Part shown: positions 31,563-42,122 of the stretch, one piece after another | Layout: every line of letters starts with the position of its first letter | Numbering within the stretch: position 1 is the first letter of the stretch | Assembly (NCBI GenBank): GCA_963674695.2 | Contig: CAXXGI010000001.1 | Span: 128,001 to 192,000 of the forward strand | Source of the DNA: a bacterium | GTDB lineage: Bacteria; UBA10199; 2-02-FULL-44-16; JAAZCA01 | Reading direction: 5' to 3' | DNA: 64,000 nucleotides | Position numbers and translations under genes: made by a program | Notes under the pieces: model-generated | What the model saw: only the letters and a program-made list of their open reading frames with translations | The model's database searches: none | Told to the model about the DNA's origin: nothing

Positions 31563-32873
31563 TTATTGAGCGATGACGATAAAGTCGAAGCAGGCGCTCG
31601 CTCCGGAAGAAACATAGGTATAACCACCGGCAGTCTTATCGAGAATCTGATAGATCATGTTTCCGCTATTCGGCGTCTGTTCAAACAGCGGTGTCACGAC
31701 CAGCGCATAGTGTTCATGGGGCATAGCCACACCGAAGGTCACCCGAACACTGTTGACGCCGTTGGCGGCGACCGAAAAGTTCCCGCCGCCATTCTTCATT
31801 GAAGCACACACGCTCCCCCAAGCATTGGCATGAAACTGCGGGAGTTCCGGCGGATTCAGGGCGGGGTCCATTCCATTGATGCGCTGATTGATAGCATCGT
31901 CCGCCAGCCGTCGCGCCTCTGCCTCCGCATCGATCGCCGCCTGCAACGCCGTATCCGCACTCGCGCGCAATGCCGCCTCACCATCGATATTCGTTTGAAG
32001 AGTCCCATCCCATGTCGAACGCGCCTGCGCCTCCGCCAAATCCGCCTGCACCCTCGCCGCTGACTCGCCATCGATATTCGCCTGAAGAGTCCCATCCCAT
32101 GTCACCCGCGCCTGGGTTTCGATGTCGATGTTGGCTTGCAGCGTCGTCGTCGCTTCTTCCCGCGCATCCTCCTCCGCGCTCACGCGTTCATCGCGGCGCT
32201 TCATGGCGCGATCGATGTCGGCGAGCACGCCCTGCAGATCGTTGGCACCGGAGAAGCTAAACCCGCCCTCCACGCCGATGTGCGCCGCACTCGCCGGATC
32301 GCGGTAATAGTCGTCGAGCTCCTCGCGCATGACGAGCGTGCGAGAGCCCTCACCGGCGGCGAGCTCGCTCGCGAGTCGATCGACGAGTGCTGCACTCAGG
32401 TCATCGAACGCGATCGCGCCATCAGCGATCGCCGACGAATCGATGGCCCCTTCCTGCACCGCCAGCGCGCGCTCGGCCCATGCCGCATACGGAACCGACG
32501 CGATCTCCATGGCGGGCAGGGGCGGCAACCCCTCGACGGCCACCTCCAAGAGGAGCGCCTCGCGCGGATCGAGGAGCGCCGCGCCCAACCCCCCGGTCGG
32601 TGCACCGGAGGCGTCAAGCCCCGCGCCGACGAGGGCCGCCACGTGCCCATCGACCGCCTCGAGCGTCTGCACCTCCTCATAGATCGCCAGGCCGGCCAGA
32701 TCGGTGATGCGAAAGGTGACCTCCACCTCGCCATCGGCGATCGGGTTTCCGCCGTCGTCGGTGAGCACCGACTGAAAAGCGAGCACCGTCGGCACGGCTC
32801 TTGCCTCGGCGTGCACACCGCTCGCCCACAGCATCATCGCCACCATCACCGCCACTCCCATCAACCGCTTCAT
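31563..32873 (-). CDS. Exported tail-fibre-like (trimeric adhesin-like) protein
   Basis: Signal peptide; N-domain AFQSVLTDDGGNPI..VTFRI..YEE..ASVPYA; coiled-coil repeats TLQANID.E..AR; C-terminal AWG...VTFGVAMP..HY head. Confidence 0.65.
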   Translation of the reverse strand: MKRLMGVAVMVAMMLWASGVHAEARAVPTVLAFQSVLTDDGGNPIADGEVEVTFRITDLAGLAIYEEVQTLEAVDGHVAALVGAGLDASGAPTGGLGAALLDPREALLLEVAVEGLPPLPAMEIASVPYAAWAERALAVQEGAIDSSAIADGAIAFDDLSAALVDRLASELAAGEGSRTLVMREELDDYYRDPASAAHIGVEGGFSFSGANDLQGVLADIDRAMKRRDERVSAEEDAREEATTTLQANIDIETQARVTWDGTLQANIDGESAARVQADLAEAQARSTWDGTLQTNIDGEAALRASADTALQAAIDAEAEARRLADDAINQRINGMDPALNPPELPQFHANAWGSVCASMKNGGGNFSVAANGVNSVRVTFGVAMPHEHYALVVTPLFEQTPNSGNMIYQILDKTAGGYTYVSSGASACFDFIVIAQ

Positions 32874-32884
32874 GATAACCTCCT

Positions 32885-33310
32885 CTATCGTATCTGCATC
32901 TCTACGCGGCGATTCAGACGCATCGCCCCCTTCGTCGCTTTCGTTGTGATCGGCCGCTGCTCACCATACGAGATGATGATCAGACGCTCGGCCTCGATGC
33001 CCTGTTGCATAAACACGGCTTTCACCGCACGCGCGCGGCGATCGCCGAGCGCCAGGTTGTATTCGTCGCTCCCGAAGGAATCGCAGTGACCCGAGAGGAT
33101 GAGGACCGTATCCGGGTGCGCCTTCATCCACGCGGCGTTTTCACCAACCGCCGCCGCTGCGCGCGATGAGAGTTCGGCGCGGTCGAAGGCGAAGGACACC
33201 CGCGCAATCGGCGGCAACGCGGGTTCAACCGAAACACGCAAAGGGAGCACCGCGGTCTTTGCCGCACATCCCATCATGCAGACGCATGCCCATATGATGA
33301 TGATCCGCAT
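32885..33310 (-). CDS. OmpA/Pal-like peptidoglycan-binding lipoprotein
   Basis: FAFDRAEL, GHCDSFGSDEYNLALGDRRARAV, SYGEQRP, NRRVE; lipobox-like MMGC. Confidence 0.9.
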   Translation of the reverse strand: MRIIIIWACVCMMGCAAKTAVLPLRVSVEPALPPIARVSFAFDRAELSSRAAAAVGENAAWMKAHPDTVLILSGHCDSFGSDEYNLALGDRRARAVKAVFMQQGIEAERLIIISYGEQRPITTKATKGAMRLNRRVEMQIR

Positions 33311-33315
33311 GCGAT

Positions 33316-33711
33316 TCACGATGCCGCCTCCTGCGCCTTGACGAGATGCCGCCCCGTCTCCTCCTCGATGCCGCGATAGGTCTCGATGAGCTGAGCGACG
33401 AAACCGCCGTTGATGAACTGGCCCGAGAGGTCGCGACAGTAGGCGAGCATCACGCAGAGCTCGCGACAGCAGCGCATCGCCTCGGAGAGCGAGCACTCGC
33501 CCTGCGATGCCGTCGCATGCGGCGCGAGCCCCGCCGCCAGATTTCGCGGAACGGATTTGACGAGCCGTGCGAGCGTCGCCGCCGTGTCGTCCTCGGTCTC
33601 CGCGAAGGGGACGACGTTCTTGAGCACCCGAAGCGATGCCTGATAGCTCATCGCCACCAGCTCCTCGCCCCCGTTCATATCCGCACCCGCTGTGATCGAT
33701 TGAACCGGCAT
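33316..33711 (-). CDS. Four-helix-bundle-like small protein (23S rRNA IVP-like, divergent)
   Basis: Pattern L.R...SVPRNLAAG ... A...CRE....L....DL resembles that family. Confidence 0.45.
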   Translation of the reverse strand: MPVQSITAGADMNGGEELVAMSYQASLRVLKNVVPFAETEDDTAATLARLVKSVPRNLAAGLAPHATASQGECSLSEAMRCCRELCVMLAYCRDLSGQFINGGFVAQLIETYRGIEEETGRHLVKAQEAAS

Positions 33712-33720
33712 ATCCTCCCC

Positions 33721-36099
33721 CTAGTTTTCGAATGCGCCGATATCGTAGCCGGCGCCGTTTGGTCTGATTTCACCTTCGTGATCATCGACCACGCGCCCGA
33801 AGGCAGCGCTGCTCGCATCCGTTCCGTCATCGAGCCCCATCGCACCGACGAGACGATGGTCCGCACCGATGAGCGAGGCGGCGCCTCCCGCGTATACGAG
33901 GTTGTCCGCAACCACCGACGTGCCAAAATCGAACACGGAACTCCGATGCGGCGTACCGTCGCAGTCGCGCACAAAGACCGCGTCCCCATCATCGAATGTC
34001 GCGAGGAGATTGGAGCGCACCGCCGTGCCTAAATCGAGCGCGCCGGTGCAGACGAGCGGATAGCGATCCGGCGCAACACCCGTGAGGATCAGATTGTTGA
34101 CGAGGTGCACGGCCGCGGAACCCGCCAGCACCCCCTCGGAGCTGCCGATGCCGGCGTCGCTCGAACGTGCATCGATCGTGTCGTTGGCCAGGAGGGCTGC
34201 GCCGCCCACGATCTCGACGCCGGTGATGAAGCGCCCCGCACCACCGACGATGATCGTATTCGTCGCGATGAGATCGCCCCCCTCGACGATGAGCCCCGTG
34301 CGCGTTGCCACCACCGTCGCACCCGCACCGCCATCGATGCGCGCGCGCTCGATCCGGTGTGTCCCCCCCTGCACGCGCAAGCCCACCGATCGAAAAGCAT
34401 CCCCGTTGCCGACGATGCGCGCGCGCTCGATCGTCGCCGAGCCGGAGATGAGCTTCAGCGTCGCCGCCGCTTCGATTGCATCGAAGACACTCGCGGCGTT
34501 CTCGACCGCGACCCCGTTGAGGACGATATTGTCGGCGGTCAGTGCCAACGTCGTAGGAACATCGCTGCGCGTCAGTACGGTTTGAAAGACTGCGTTAAAG
34601 GACTGTGCCTCGCGCGAGGAAAACGGCGCATTGCCATCGCCGCCGTTGGAGAATCCGCCGAAGAGACGCGCGCCGTCGGGAAGCGTAACGGTCGAAACAT
34701 CATAGATGCCGCCGGCGACATAGACCGCCCGGCCGCTTGCCCGCGCGATCTCCACACCGCGCGCGATCGAGGCCACGGGGGCGTCCCGCGTGCCGGACGC
34801 CGCATCGCTGCCGGCTGAGAGCAACACGAATACCCCATCGGCCGCGCGCCCCACGCCCGCATCGTGATCGTCCAGATCGCATTCGACGGGCACATCGTCC
34901 GCGTCCGCATCGGTGGCCCCTTGAACGGGATTGTTCACCAACGGACAGTTGTCGTTCTCATTCGGGATGGCATCGCCGTCGGCGTCGCCGTCGCACAGAT
35001 CACCCACGCCATCGCCGTCGACATCAGATTGTCCGGCATTGGCGACATCCGCACAGTTGTCGGAGGCGTTGGCGACGCCATCGCCATCACGATCGGCGTC
35101 ACAGACATCGCCCGCTCCATCGTGATCGAGGTCGGGCTGCGCGGCATCGGCGTCCACAGGACAGATATCCTGCGCATCGCCGATGCCGTCGCCATCCGTG
35201 TCCGTCAGGAGAGGATTACTGCCAATCGCCACCTCAGTCCCATCGCCGAGGCCATCACCATCGGTGTCGGGATCCAGGCGCGCGGTCCCAAAACGCGTCT
35301 CATCGGCATCGGTCAGCCCATCGCCGTCGGCGTCGTCCTCGCAGGCATCCCCCACCCCGTCGCCATCGGTATCGGCCTGGTCGGCGTTGCTCGTCGTGGG
35401 ACAGCAATCGTCGCCGTCGAAGATGCCATCGTCATCGGTATCGGGATCGTCGACAGAGGTTCCCACGATCAATTCATCGTCGTTGGCCAGCCCATCGCCG
35501 TCGATGTCGTCGTCGCTGTTATCGCCCGTGCCATCGCCGTCGGTGTCGCGCCATTCAGTGCTCGAGGCCGGGAAGACGTCGTCGCCGTCATACACCCCGT
35601 CGCCGTCGCTGTCGGCGATGAAGGGATTCACACCATTGATCAGCTCATCGATGTTGGCCAGGCCGTCACCATCGTCGTCGGGGGAGAAGTCCCACCCATC
35701 ATCGGTTGGAGAGAAGATCGCAGCGCCATCGAGGGAGGGCACGTCGACCGAGAGTTCGGCGAGCTTGAGCGCCGCACTCAATGCCGTCTCTCTGCTGGAA
35801 GCCTCTGAAGCCTCGCCGTTCCAAAATGCGATGCGATAGATGCCGACCCTTGGACGCTCACCCAAGAGCTCCAGATCGAAGCGCCAAACATCGTCGACGA
35901 GTTCGCCATCGGCCATGGCACTCATGACCGCCCCCGTTTCGGCATCGACGAGCACGCCCTGGGTGGAGAGCGTCTCGGCGTAGGCCGCGAGTTTATCCGG
36001 ATAGGACTCGGCCACCTGCACCTGGCTCGCGCCCCCGCCGCCGCCACAGCCGGCGACCAGGATCATCATCATGCTCATGAGTATCGCTCGTCCGTTCAT
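33721..36099 (-). CDS. Lipoprotein with thrombospondin type-3 Ca-binding repeats and a C-terminal beta-helix-like domain
   Basis: Lipobox LVAGC; many DxDGDG repeats with DNC...DAC; [24 protein letters not shown] motif. Confidence 0.8.
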   Translation of the reverse strand: MNGRAILMSMMMILVAGCGGGGGASQVQVAESYPDKLAAYAETLSTQGVLVDAETGAVMSAMADGELVDDVWRFDLELLGERPRVGIYRIAFWNGEASEASSRETALSAALKLAELSVDVPSLDGAAIFSPTDDGWDFSPDDDGDGLANIDELINGVNPFIADSDGDGVYDGDDVFPASSTEWRDTDGDGTGDNSDDDIDGDGLANDDELIVGTSVDDPDTDDDGIFDGDDCCPTTSNADQADTDGDGVGDACEDDADGDGLTDADETRFGTARLDPDTDGDGLGDGTEVAIGSNPLLTDTDGDGIGDAQDICPVDADAAQPDLDHDGAGDVCDADRDGDGVANASDNCADVANAGQSDVDGDGVGDLCDGDADGDAIPNENDNCPLVNNPVQGATDADADDVPVECDLDDHDAGVGRAADGVFVLLSAGSDAASGTRDAPVASIARGVEIARASGRAVYVAGGIYDVSTVTLPDGARLFGGFSNGGDGNAPFSSREAQSFNAVFQTVLTRSDVPTTLALTADNIVLNGVAVENAASVFDAIEAAATLKLISGSATIERARIVGNGDAFRSVGLRVQGGTHRIERARIDGGAGATVVATRTGLIVEGGDLIATNTIIVGGAGRFITGVEIVGGAALLANDTIDARSSDAGIGSSEGVLAGSAAVHLVNNLILTGVAPDRYPLVCTGALDLGTAVRSNLLATFDDGDAVFVRDCDGTPHRSSVFDFGTSVVADNLVYAGGAASLIGADHRLVGAMGLDDGTDASSAAFGRVVDDHEGEIRPNGAGYDIGAFEN

Positions 36100-36130
36100 A
36101 CATCCTCCTCCTGTATGTTCTTCGTTTTCC

Positions 36131-36889
36131 TCAATGCACGACGGGCAGATCGTCGAAAGAGGAGACCGCCATGGTCCCCGCCATGCCCGCCTGTGCCGCC
36201 GAAAAGAGCGGCGCCGGGCGACGCGTGCCCGCATCGATCAGACGCACCTCCACCTCGGAGGCGCGATCGGTGACGAGATCGCGCACGCGAAAGCGGTACA
36301 TCCCCGCCTCGATGACGGCCGGCGCCATGCGCCCCAGACCGGTGTTGAAATCGAGCTGAATCTCCGCAACGCTCGTTGCAGGATCGACGAGCGCGTCTGC
36401 CCCATCATCCGCGATGCGCTCGATCAGCAGCGGATGCTCCGGATCGGCAAAGAGACGAAAGATGAGCCGCGTGTTCTCCACGACCGCGCCGGCCGTGAGA
36501 TTGGTGAAGATCGGAACCGACTCGAGCGCCACATCGACCTCGTTCATGCCACCGCCTATGCGCACCCCGGGCGCCTCGCCCGCGCGGATCGTCTGTGCGT
36601 TCGCATTGCGCGCGATGACCTCGACGACGCGGTCGGAGCCTGTCGGCACCCCTTCGATCACGCCCTCGGCGGCATCGCCGGAGAATTCAGCGACAATCGG
36701 TTCTGGAATGTCCGGCGCGCTCACGCGCACCTCGAAGACTTCGATCTGACCCGGCGCCACGCTTGGATTAAAGGAACGCGCTCCCTGCACCTTCACGGCG
36801 AGTATGGCCGCCCCTTCGTCGAGCGTCTGCGAACCACCGCAGCCAGCCAGACACGCGACCACGAACACGATCAACCATTGATGCCCCAT
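36131..36889 (-). CDS. Hypothetical lipoprotein
   Basis: Lipobox LAGC; beta-rich, Ig-like sequence. Confidence 0.7.
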   Translation of the reverse strand: MGHQWLIVFVVACLAGCGGSQTLDEGAAILAVKVQGARSFNPSVAPGQIEVFEVRVSAPDIPEPIVAEFSGDAAEGVIEGVPTGSDRVVEVIARNANAQTIRAGEAPGVRIGGGMNEVDVALESVPIFTNLTAGAVVENTRLIFRLFADPEHPLLIERIADDGADALVDPATSVAEIQLDFNTGLGRMAPAVIEAGMYRFRVRDLVTDRASEVEVRLIDAGTRRPAPLFSAAQAGMAGTMAVSSFDDLPVVH

Positions 36890-36912
36890 CCTCGTTCGCA
36901 TCGAAAACCTCC

Positions 36913-38184
36913 TCACCGAAACTGCACGCGCACCGCGCCTTCGTGTGCGCCGCCGCCACCGGACATGGCGGCAACGATCCCGCCCGCGATGGCGCCGGCC
37001 ACGACGGCCCCAACCGCGCCCCAGAAGAGCGGCTGCCGATGGAGCGGCTTTTTCTGCCGCGCGATCACCATCGGATCGGCCATTCCCACGGGGTCGAGCT
37101 GCCGCGCGGGATCGCGAGCCAGATCCGCATCGGTCTGTCGGGCCAGAGCGCGCACGAGTTCGGCCATGAGCGTCACGCGATCGTCACCGCTCAGATCGTC
37201 GATGGCGATGGGCTTGAGCCCTGCCGCGAGTTGCGCATCGACCATGCGCACGACGAGTGCGCCCCCATCGGCGGCATCGACGAGCACCGCGCGGTCCGCA
37301 CGGAGAAGCTGTGCGATGCGCACCCCCTCGCGGACCTGCGCCGCCGCCATGGCCTTCTTCGCGGGCGCGCCGTCGGACGTGGCCCAGCGCAGTCGCGCGC
37401 GCACCTTGGCCTGCCCTCCCGGCGCAATCGTCACGTCCTCGCTCACCGCATCGTAGCGATCGGCCGCGATCGTCACCGCATAGTCTCCGACGGGGAGGTT
37501 CTCGATCAGCAGCGGCGTAACGCCAGCCGACAGGCCGTTGATACGCACCTCGGCCGCGGGCGGCTTCGACGTGACGCGCAGGCCACCGGTGGGAGCGGCC
37601 AGGGATGCCTGGCGCGCCTCCTCGAAGAGGGCGATCACACTGGGGGCGTATCCCTCGGCATCGAGGGTGAGCATTGGGCAGACGGCAAGCGCCTGCGCAA
37701 ACGCTGCGCGCGCGCCATCGATCTCATTGCGCGATTTCAGGATGATCCCGCGCGTGATCTGCGCATCGACGCTGAGTGGACCGGAGAGCGCTGCATCGGC
37801 TCCCCCCTGCCTCAGCAGGCCGAGCGCCCGATCGAGGGAGGACAGAGCATCGCGCTGACGAAAGTAAAAGGAGTGCTCCTTGGCCTCGGCGATGGCCTCC
37901 TGCGCCTGCGCCAGACGCGTCGACAACACGGCCGCTTCCATTCCGTGATAGGCGGCGATATCGGCTGAGGTCTTCGCATCGACGATGCGATGCCCGGTTG
38001 CGATGCGCAGCGCACCCGCGACGGTCTCGGCCATCTCGCGCGAGCGCTCATCGCCGTCGCCGTCTGTCACCGGCACAACGGCGATGGTCTGCCGTGCCGG
38101 CTCGGCCAGGGCAAACGTCGGCATGGTCATCAGGGCGATGAGGGCACATGAGACGACGCGCAGTGATGTGATCGGCAGGGCCAT
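36913..38184 (-). CDS. Exported PEGA-domain protein with a TPR-like region and hydrophobic C-terminal helix
   Basis: Signal peptide; LRVTSKPPAAEVRINGLSAGVTPL; C-terminal PLFWGAVGAVVAG. The ORF-track extension to 40566 is antisense shadow. Confidence 0.8.
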   Translation of the reverse strand: MALPITSLRVVSCALIALMTMPTFALAEPARQTIAVVPVTDGDGDERSREMAETVAGALRIATGHRIVDAKTSADIAAYHGMEAAVLSTRLAQAQEAIAEAKEHSFYFRQRDALSSLDRALGLLRQGGADAALSGPLSVDAQITRGIILKSRNEIDGARAAFAQALAVCPMLTLDAEGYAPSVIALFEEARQASLAAPTGGLRVTSKPPAAEVRINGLSAGVTPLLIENLPVGDYAVTIAADRYDAVSEDVTIAPGGQAKVRARLRWATSDGAPAKKAMAAAQVREGVRIAQLLRADRAVLVDAADGGALVVRMVDAQLAAGLKPIAIDDLSGDDRVTLMAELVRALARQTDADLARDPARQLDPVGMADPMVIARQKKPLHRQPLFWGAVGAVVAGAIAGGIVAAMSGGGGAHEGAVRVQFR

Positions 38185-38199
38185 ATGCCCGCGGGAGAA

Positions 38200-38216
38200 A
38201 GCAAGAGGCATGCCAA
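38200..38216 (-). promoter_or_regulatory. Putative sigma54 promoter of the surface-protein operon
   Basis: Minus strand TTGGCATGCCTCTTGCT (GG-N10-GC) just upstream of the PEGA gene. Confidence 0.55.
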
Positions 38217-38262
38217 CGGAAGCGAGCAAGAAAGGAGATCCTGTCAGGAAACAGCGTTTTGC

Positions 38263-38333
38263 TGTCATTCCCGCGAAGGCGGGAATCTCGAAGTACTTGA
38301 AAAATCGAGATTCCCGCCTTCGCGGGAATGACA
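38263..38333. repeat. REP/dRS3-like double palindrome
   Basis: ATTCCCGCGAAGGCGGGAAT...ATTCCCGCCTTCGCGGGAAT; near-identical to 10195..10265; outer flanks CTGTCAGGAA...TTCCGACAG. Confidence 0.85.
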
Positions 38334-38520
38334 AAAATCGGCAAAATCGCCTCTTCCGACAGACACTCCCAGGTGATTCTTCAACGAATACAGATCGAAT
38401 CTGACCGACAGATATCGCTCCTGTCCAATCACCGGAACAGCGAAAACCGAACAGATGTGCGACGAATGAAACACGCGCGATTGACGTGAGGCGATGCGAA
38501 ACGTAGAGTGCCATCATCAT

Positions 38521-40830
38521 ATGAAGCGAACACCATCGACAAACCGGAAAAAAGCAGGCGGGCCATCGCGCATCGATGCCGTCGAGAAGGTGACGGGTCG
38601 CGCGATCTATGCCGACGACATCCGGCTCGACCGGATGCTCCACGCCGCGCCACTGCACGCCCCGCACCCGAGCGCGCGCATCAAACGGGTGAACACTGAG
38701 CGCGCGCGGACGCTCCCGGGCGTGATCGATGTGATCACCGCCAAGGACGTGCCGGGCATCCTGCAGGTCTGCGGCGTCATCCCCGACCAATACGTGCTGG
38801 CCTCCGATCGCACGCGCTATTCGGGCGACGTGGTCGCGGTGGTCGCAGCCGAATCGCCCGCCATCGCGCGGCGCGCGACCGAGCTCATCATCGTCGACGA
38901 CGAACCGATGGAGCCGATCACCACGCCGCGCGAGGCGCTCGAACCCGGCGCCCTGCTCATGCACGAGGGGCGACGCGACAACGTCGTCACGAGCTTTCGC
39001 GTGCGGCACGGCGACATGAAGAAGGGTTACCGCCAAAGCGAAAAGACCGTCGAGGCCACATTCAACACGCAGTTCATCGAACACGCCTACATGGAGCCGG
39101 AGTCCTGCGTGGCTTTTCCCGAGCCGGATGGCTCGATCACCGTCCATGGCGGCATGCAGCACCCCTTCTCCACGCGGCGGGTCGTGGCCAAGACGCTCGG
39201 CGTTCCCCTCGCGCGCGTGCGCATCGTGCAGACGACCTTGGGCGGCGGTTTCGGCGGGCGCGACGATACCATCGCCGTCATCTGCGCGCGGGCGGCACTC
39301 CTGGCGCTGCGCACAAAGCGCCCGGTAAAGATGACCTATACGCGCGAGGAATCGATTCGCGAGAGCTACAAGCGCCACCCGTTTGAAATCCACTACAAGG
39401 CCGGCTTGGGTGCCGATGGACAATTCAGCGCGATGGAGGTCGATATCACCGCGGATGCCGGACCGTACTGCTCGGTCTCCCCCTTCGTCATCTGGCGCCC
39501 GACCGTGCAGTGCACGGGGCCCTACATCGTTCCGAACGTGCGCTGCGACACGAAGGCGGTCTACACCAATAACACCTACACGGGCGCGATGCGCGGCTTC
39601 GGCACGCCGCAGCAGGTCTTCGCCTGCGAATCCTTCATCGATATGTGCGCCGAAGCGGCGGGGATGGATCCGCTCGCCTTCCGCCAGAAGAACTTCTTTC
39701 GTCAGGGGACGACCACGCACACGGGACAGAAGCTTTCCGGGCATACGGTGTCGCTCGAAGAGGTGACGGGCAAGGCGCTGCGCGCCATCGGATGGAAGAA
39801 AAAGTTTCGGCAGTGTTCGCGCGGCAAACCGAACGCGGACGGCATGCTCTCCGGCATTGGGTTTGCCGTGAGCTATCGCGGCGTCTCGCTCGGCGCGGAG
39901 GGCGTGGATTTCTCTTCGGCGATCGTGAACGTTCAGCAGGACGGTTCGGTCCTCATGCAATCGGGCGTGTCGGAAAACGGCCAGGGACTCAAGAGCGCGA
40001 TGGTGCGCATCCTCTGCGGCGAATTGGGGCTCGATGCGAAGCGCGTGCACTTCCTCGACACCGACACCTCGACCGTTCCGGATGGCGGCCCCACCGTCGC
40101 CTCGCGCGGAACGATCATGGGCGGCAACGCCGTCATCGATGCGTGCCGACAGATCAAAGAACGAATGCGCCCGGCGCTCAAAGCACTCATCGGCGCATCG
40201 CGCAAACCCTACCTCTATACGAATGGTCGCATCCGCAATTCGCAAAACGGCAAGAGCGTCGCCTTTGAAAAAGCGGCGGCCGCCTGTTTCGAAAAGCAGA
40301 CCTACCTGCATGCATTGGGCGTCTTTCAGGCCCCCACCGTCTCCTGGGAGGAGGCGCGTGGAAGGGGGAATGCCTACTTCACCTATGTCTATGGATGTCA
40401 GGCCTGCGAGGTCGAAGTGGAAGCGAAAACCGGAAAGGTGCGCGTCACGAACGTCGTCGCCGCACACGAGGTGGGGCGTGCGATCAACCCGCAGATGGCC
40501 GCGGGCCAGATCTTCGGTGGCATCCTGATGGGCCTGGGATTTGCGCTGAAGGAAGAGATCCGCCACCAGAGCGCGGTGATCCAGAACACGAACCTGGGCA
40601 CCTACACGATTCCGCGCGCAACCGACGCGCCGGAGATGACCGCCATCCTCGTGGAGAACCCGGATCCGGTCGGCCCCTGGGGCGCGAAGTCCTTGGGCGA
40701 GCCGACCAACGAACTCATGGGCGCAGCGGTCGCCAACGCCATCTATTCCGCCACCGGCGTGCGCCTCTTCGAAACCCCGATGACGCCCGAGCGCGTGAAG
40801 ATGGCGTCGGTCTCCTCGTCATCGTTCTAG
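38521..40830 (+). CDS. Xanthine dehydrogenase family molybdopterin-binding subunit
   Basis: EKVTGRAIYADD, EHAYMEPE, LGGGFGGR, GAMRGFGTPQ, ENGQG, TVASRGT, AKSLGEP. Confidence 0.93.
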   Translation: MKRTPSTNRKKAGGPSRIDAVEKVTGRAIYADDIRLDRMLHAAPLHAPHPSARIKRVNTERARTLPGVIDVITAKDVPGILQVCGVIPDQYVLASDRTRYSGDVVAVVAAESPAIARRATELIIVDDEPMEPITTPREALEPGALLMHEGRRDNVVTSFRVRHGDMKKGYRQSEKTVEATFNTQFIEHAYMEPESCVAFPEPDGSITVHGGMQHPFSTRRVVAKTLGVPLARVRIVQTTLGGGFGGRDDTIAVICARAALLALRTKRPVKMTYTREESIRESYKRHPFEIHYKAGLGADGQFSAMEVDITADAGPYCSVSPFVIWRPTVQCTGPYIVPNVRCDTKAVYTNNTYTGAMRGFGTPQQVFACESFIDMCAEAAGMDPLAFRQKNFFRQGTTTHTGQKLSGHTVSLEEVTGKALRAIGWKKKFRQCSRGKPNADGMLSGIGFAVSYRGVSLGAEGVDFSSAIVNVQQDGSVLMQSGVSENGQGLKSAMVRILCGELGLDAKRVHFLDTDTSTVPDGGPTVASRGTIMGGNAVIDACRQIKERMRPALKALIGASRKPYLYTNGRIRNSQNGKSVAFEKAAAACFEKQTYLHALGVFQAPTVSWEEARGRGNAYFTYVYGCQACEVEVEAKTGKVRVTNVVAAHEVGRAINPQMAAGQIFGGILMGLGFALKEEIRHQSAVIQNTNLGTYTIPRATDAPEMTAILVENPDPVGPWGAKSLGEPTNELMGAAVANAIYSATGVRLFETPMTPERVKMASVSSSSF

Positions 40831-42122
40831 TCATCCTTCTGCGTCAGCTTCACACTCATCTTCGGCGACTCCCTTTGGAGCCACCGTTCCGTATTGATCT
40901 TCCGTGTGAGGACGCGATCGAAGTCAAGCACCCGTTGCGTGTCGCCCGCATCGAAATCGGCATCCATGCGCTGACGCGCCTTCTCGGCCACCCGCCCTTC
41001 GTAGTAGCGCACCGCCGACTCCTGCATTTTTTCATATTCGGCCAGCGCCGCATCCTGAGCGAGCGCCAGCTCAGCCGACGGGGCATCCGCTGCAAGCAGC
41101 GCATCCGCACGAGCCAGCGTACGATAATGCGCCTTGAGTTCCTCTCCGGAGACTTCGAACGCACCCGGAATATCCTTCGGCGGAACAGATTCATGCATAT
41201 AGAGCTCTGCCATGCAGGCCGACTGCGCCTGCTCGTGACGATAGACCTCGCGCCCATACCCTTCGACGACCAGCTGCCACTCCTGTCGCAACGCCGCTTC
41301 CAGCCGTCGACTCCGCTTGCCCATCTGCACCGACCACTGCGCATAGGACGTGATGCGCTGCTGCACCTGTGCATAGGCCGGGGGCGCCTCGAAGAAACCC
41401 GTCATGCCGGACCAGTCATCGATGACAACGAACTCGCGATTCAATCCATAATCCGAGCTGATCCGCTCGACGACCTGATCCTTGTTGAACGGGATGAAGT
41501 CGACCGGTCGCACCTTCGCGTCATCGGGGAGCGCTTCGATCTCGGCGCCGGAGGGGAATCCCGCGGCCACCGAAGCGCCTGCCGGATCCTCCAACTCCTC
41601 GACGGCTTCGGCCGACGCCGCTTGAATCGCATCGATGGTCGCCTGATCGAGCCTCCCGGATCGATAGGTTCCGGGCTCCATATATTCCTTCTGAAAATCG
41701 GCAACCGCCCGCGCGGTGATCTTGCCCTTGACCCCGTCGATTCCATCGCGGGTTCGCCCGCTCTTACCGAGATCGTATCCCAGGGCAGCGAGCCCCGCTT
41801 GCGCCTGGCGTACGATGACCGGCTCGAAGCCATCGTTTCGCCGCATGGTGATATCGATGGTCTGATACGCCTGGAGGGGATCGCCACAGAGCAGACGCAT
41901 CACGCCCACTCCCTGAGGCGTGCCACCACCCGCCTTGCCGGCGCCATGGCTGACCAACGCATAGTCGGGCACACCGCTATAGACCGTCATTCCCGACTCC
42001 GGCACCCGCTCTCCTGCAGGAACCGTTTTCGAGCTTTTGGTATCGTTCTGCGCGCTCTTCGTGGCCGCAGGCTCTTCAGCATATATCGCCGGCGCGTTGT
42101 CGCCGACACCGTTGAGTGCCAT
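40827..42122 (-). CDS. Hypothetical protein with peptidoglycan-binding domain (PG_binding_1-like)
   Basis: VRQAQAGLAALGYDLG..GIDGVKGKITARAVADFQKE...SGRLDQAT; no signal peptide; helical C-terminus. Confidence 0.7.
   Translation of the reverse strand: MALNGVGDNAPAIYAEEPAATKSAQNDTKSSKTVPAGERVPESGMTVYSGVPDYALVSHGAGKAGGGTPQGVGVMRLLCGDPLQAYQTIDITMRRNDGFEPVIVRQAQAGLAALGYDLGKSGRTRDGIDGVKGKITARAVADFQKEYMEPGTYRSGRLDQATIDAIQAASAEAVEELEDPAGASVAAGFPSGAEIEALPDDAKVRPVDFIPFNKDQVVERISSDYGLNREFVVIDDWSGMTGFFEAPPAYAQVQQRITSYAQWSVQMGKRSRRLEAALRQEWQLVVEGYGREVYRHEQAQSACMAELYMHESVPPKDIPGAFEVSGEELKAHYRTLARADALLAADAPSAELALAQDAALAEYEKMQESAVRYYEGRVAEKARQRMDADFDAGDTQRVLDFDRVLTRKINTERWLQRESPKMSVKLTQKDD

Noticed and set aside
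33316-33711. Diversity-generating retroelement (Avd-like protein near a fibre gene)
   Set aside because: No reverse transcriptase and no template/variable repeat pair differing at adenines were seen
29702-38184. Prophage or integrative island at tRNA-Val/Asp
   Set aside because: No integrase, capsid or terminase genes, and no duplicated tRNA 3' end found
38185-40566. 1217-aa minus-strand ORF (36913..40566)
   Set aside because: The N-terminal ~790 aa is the antisense shadow of the Mo-subunit gene and crosses a REP element; only the PEGA part from 38184 is credible
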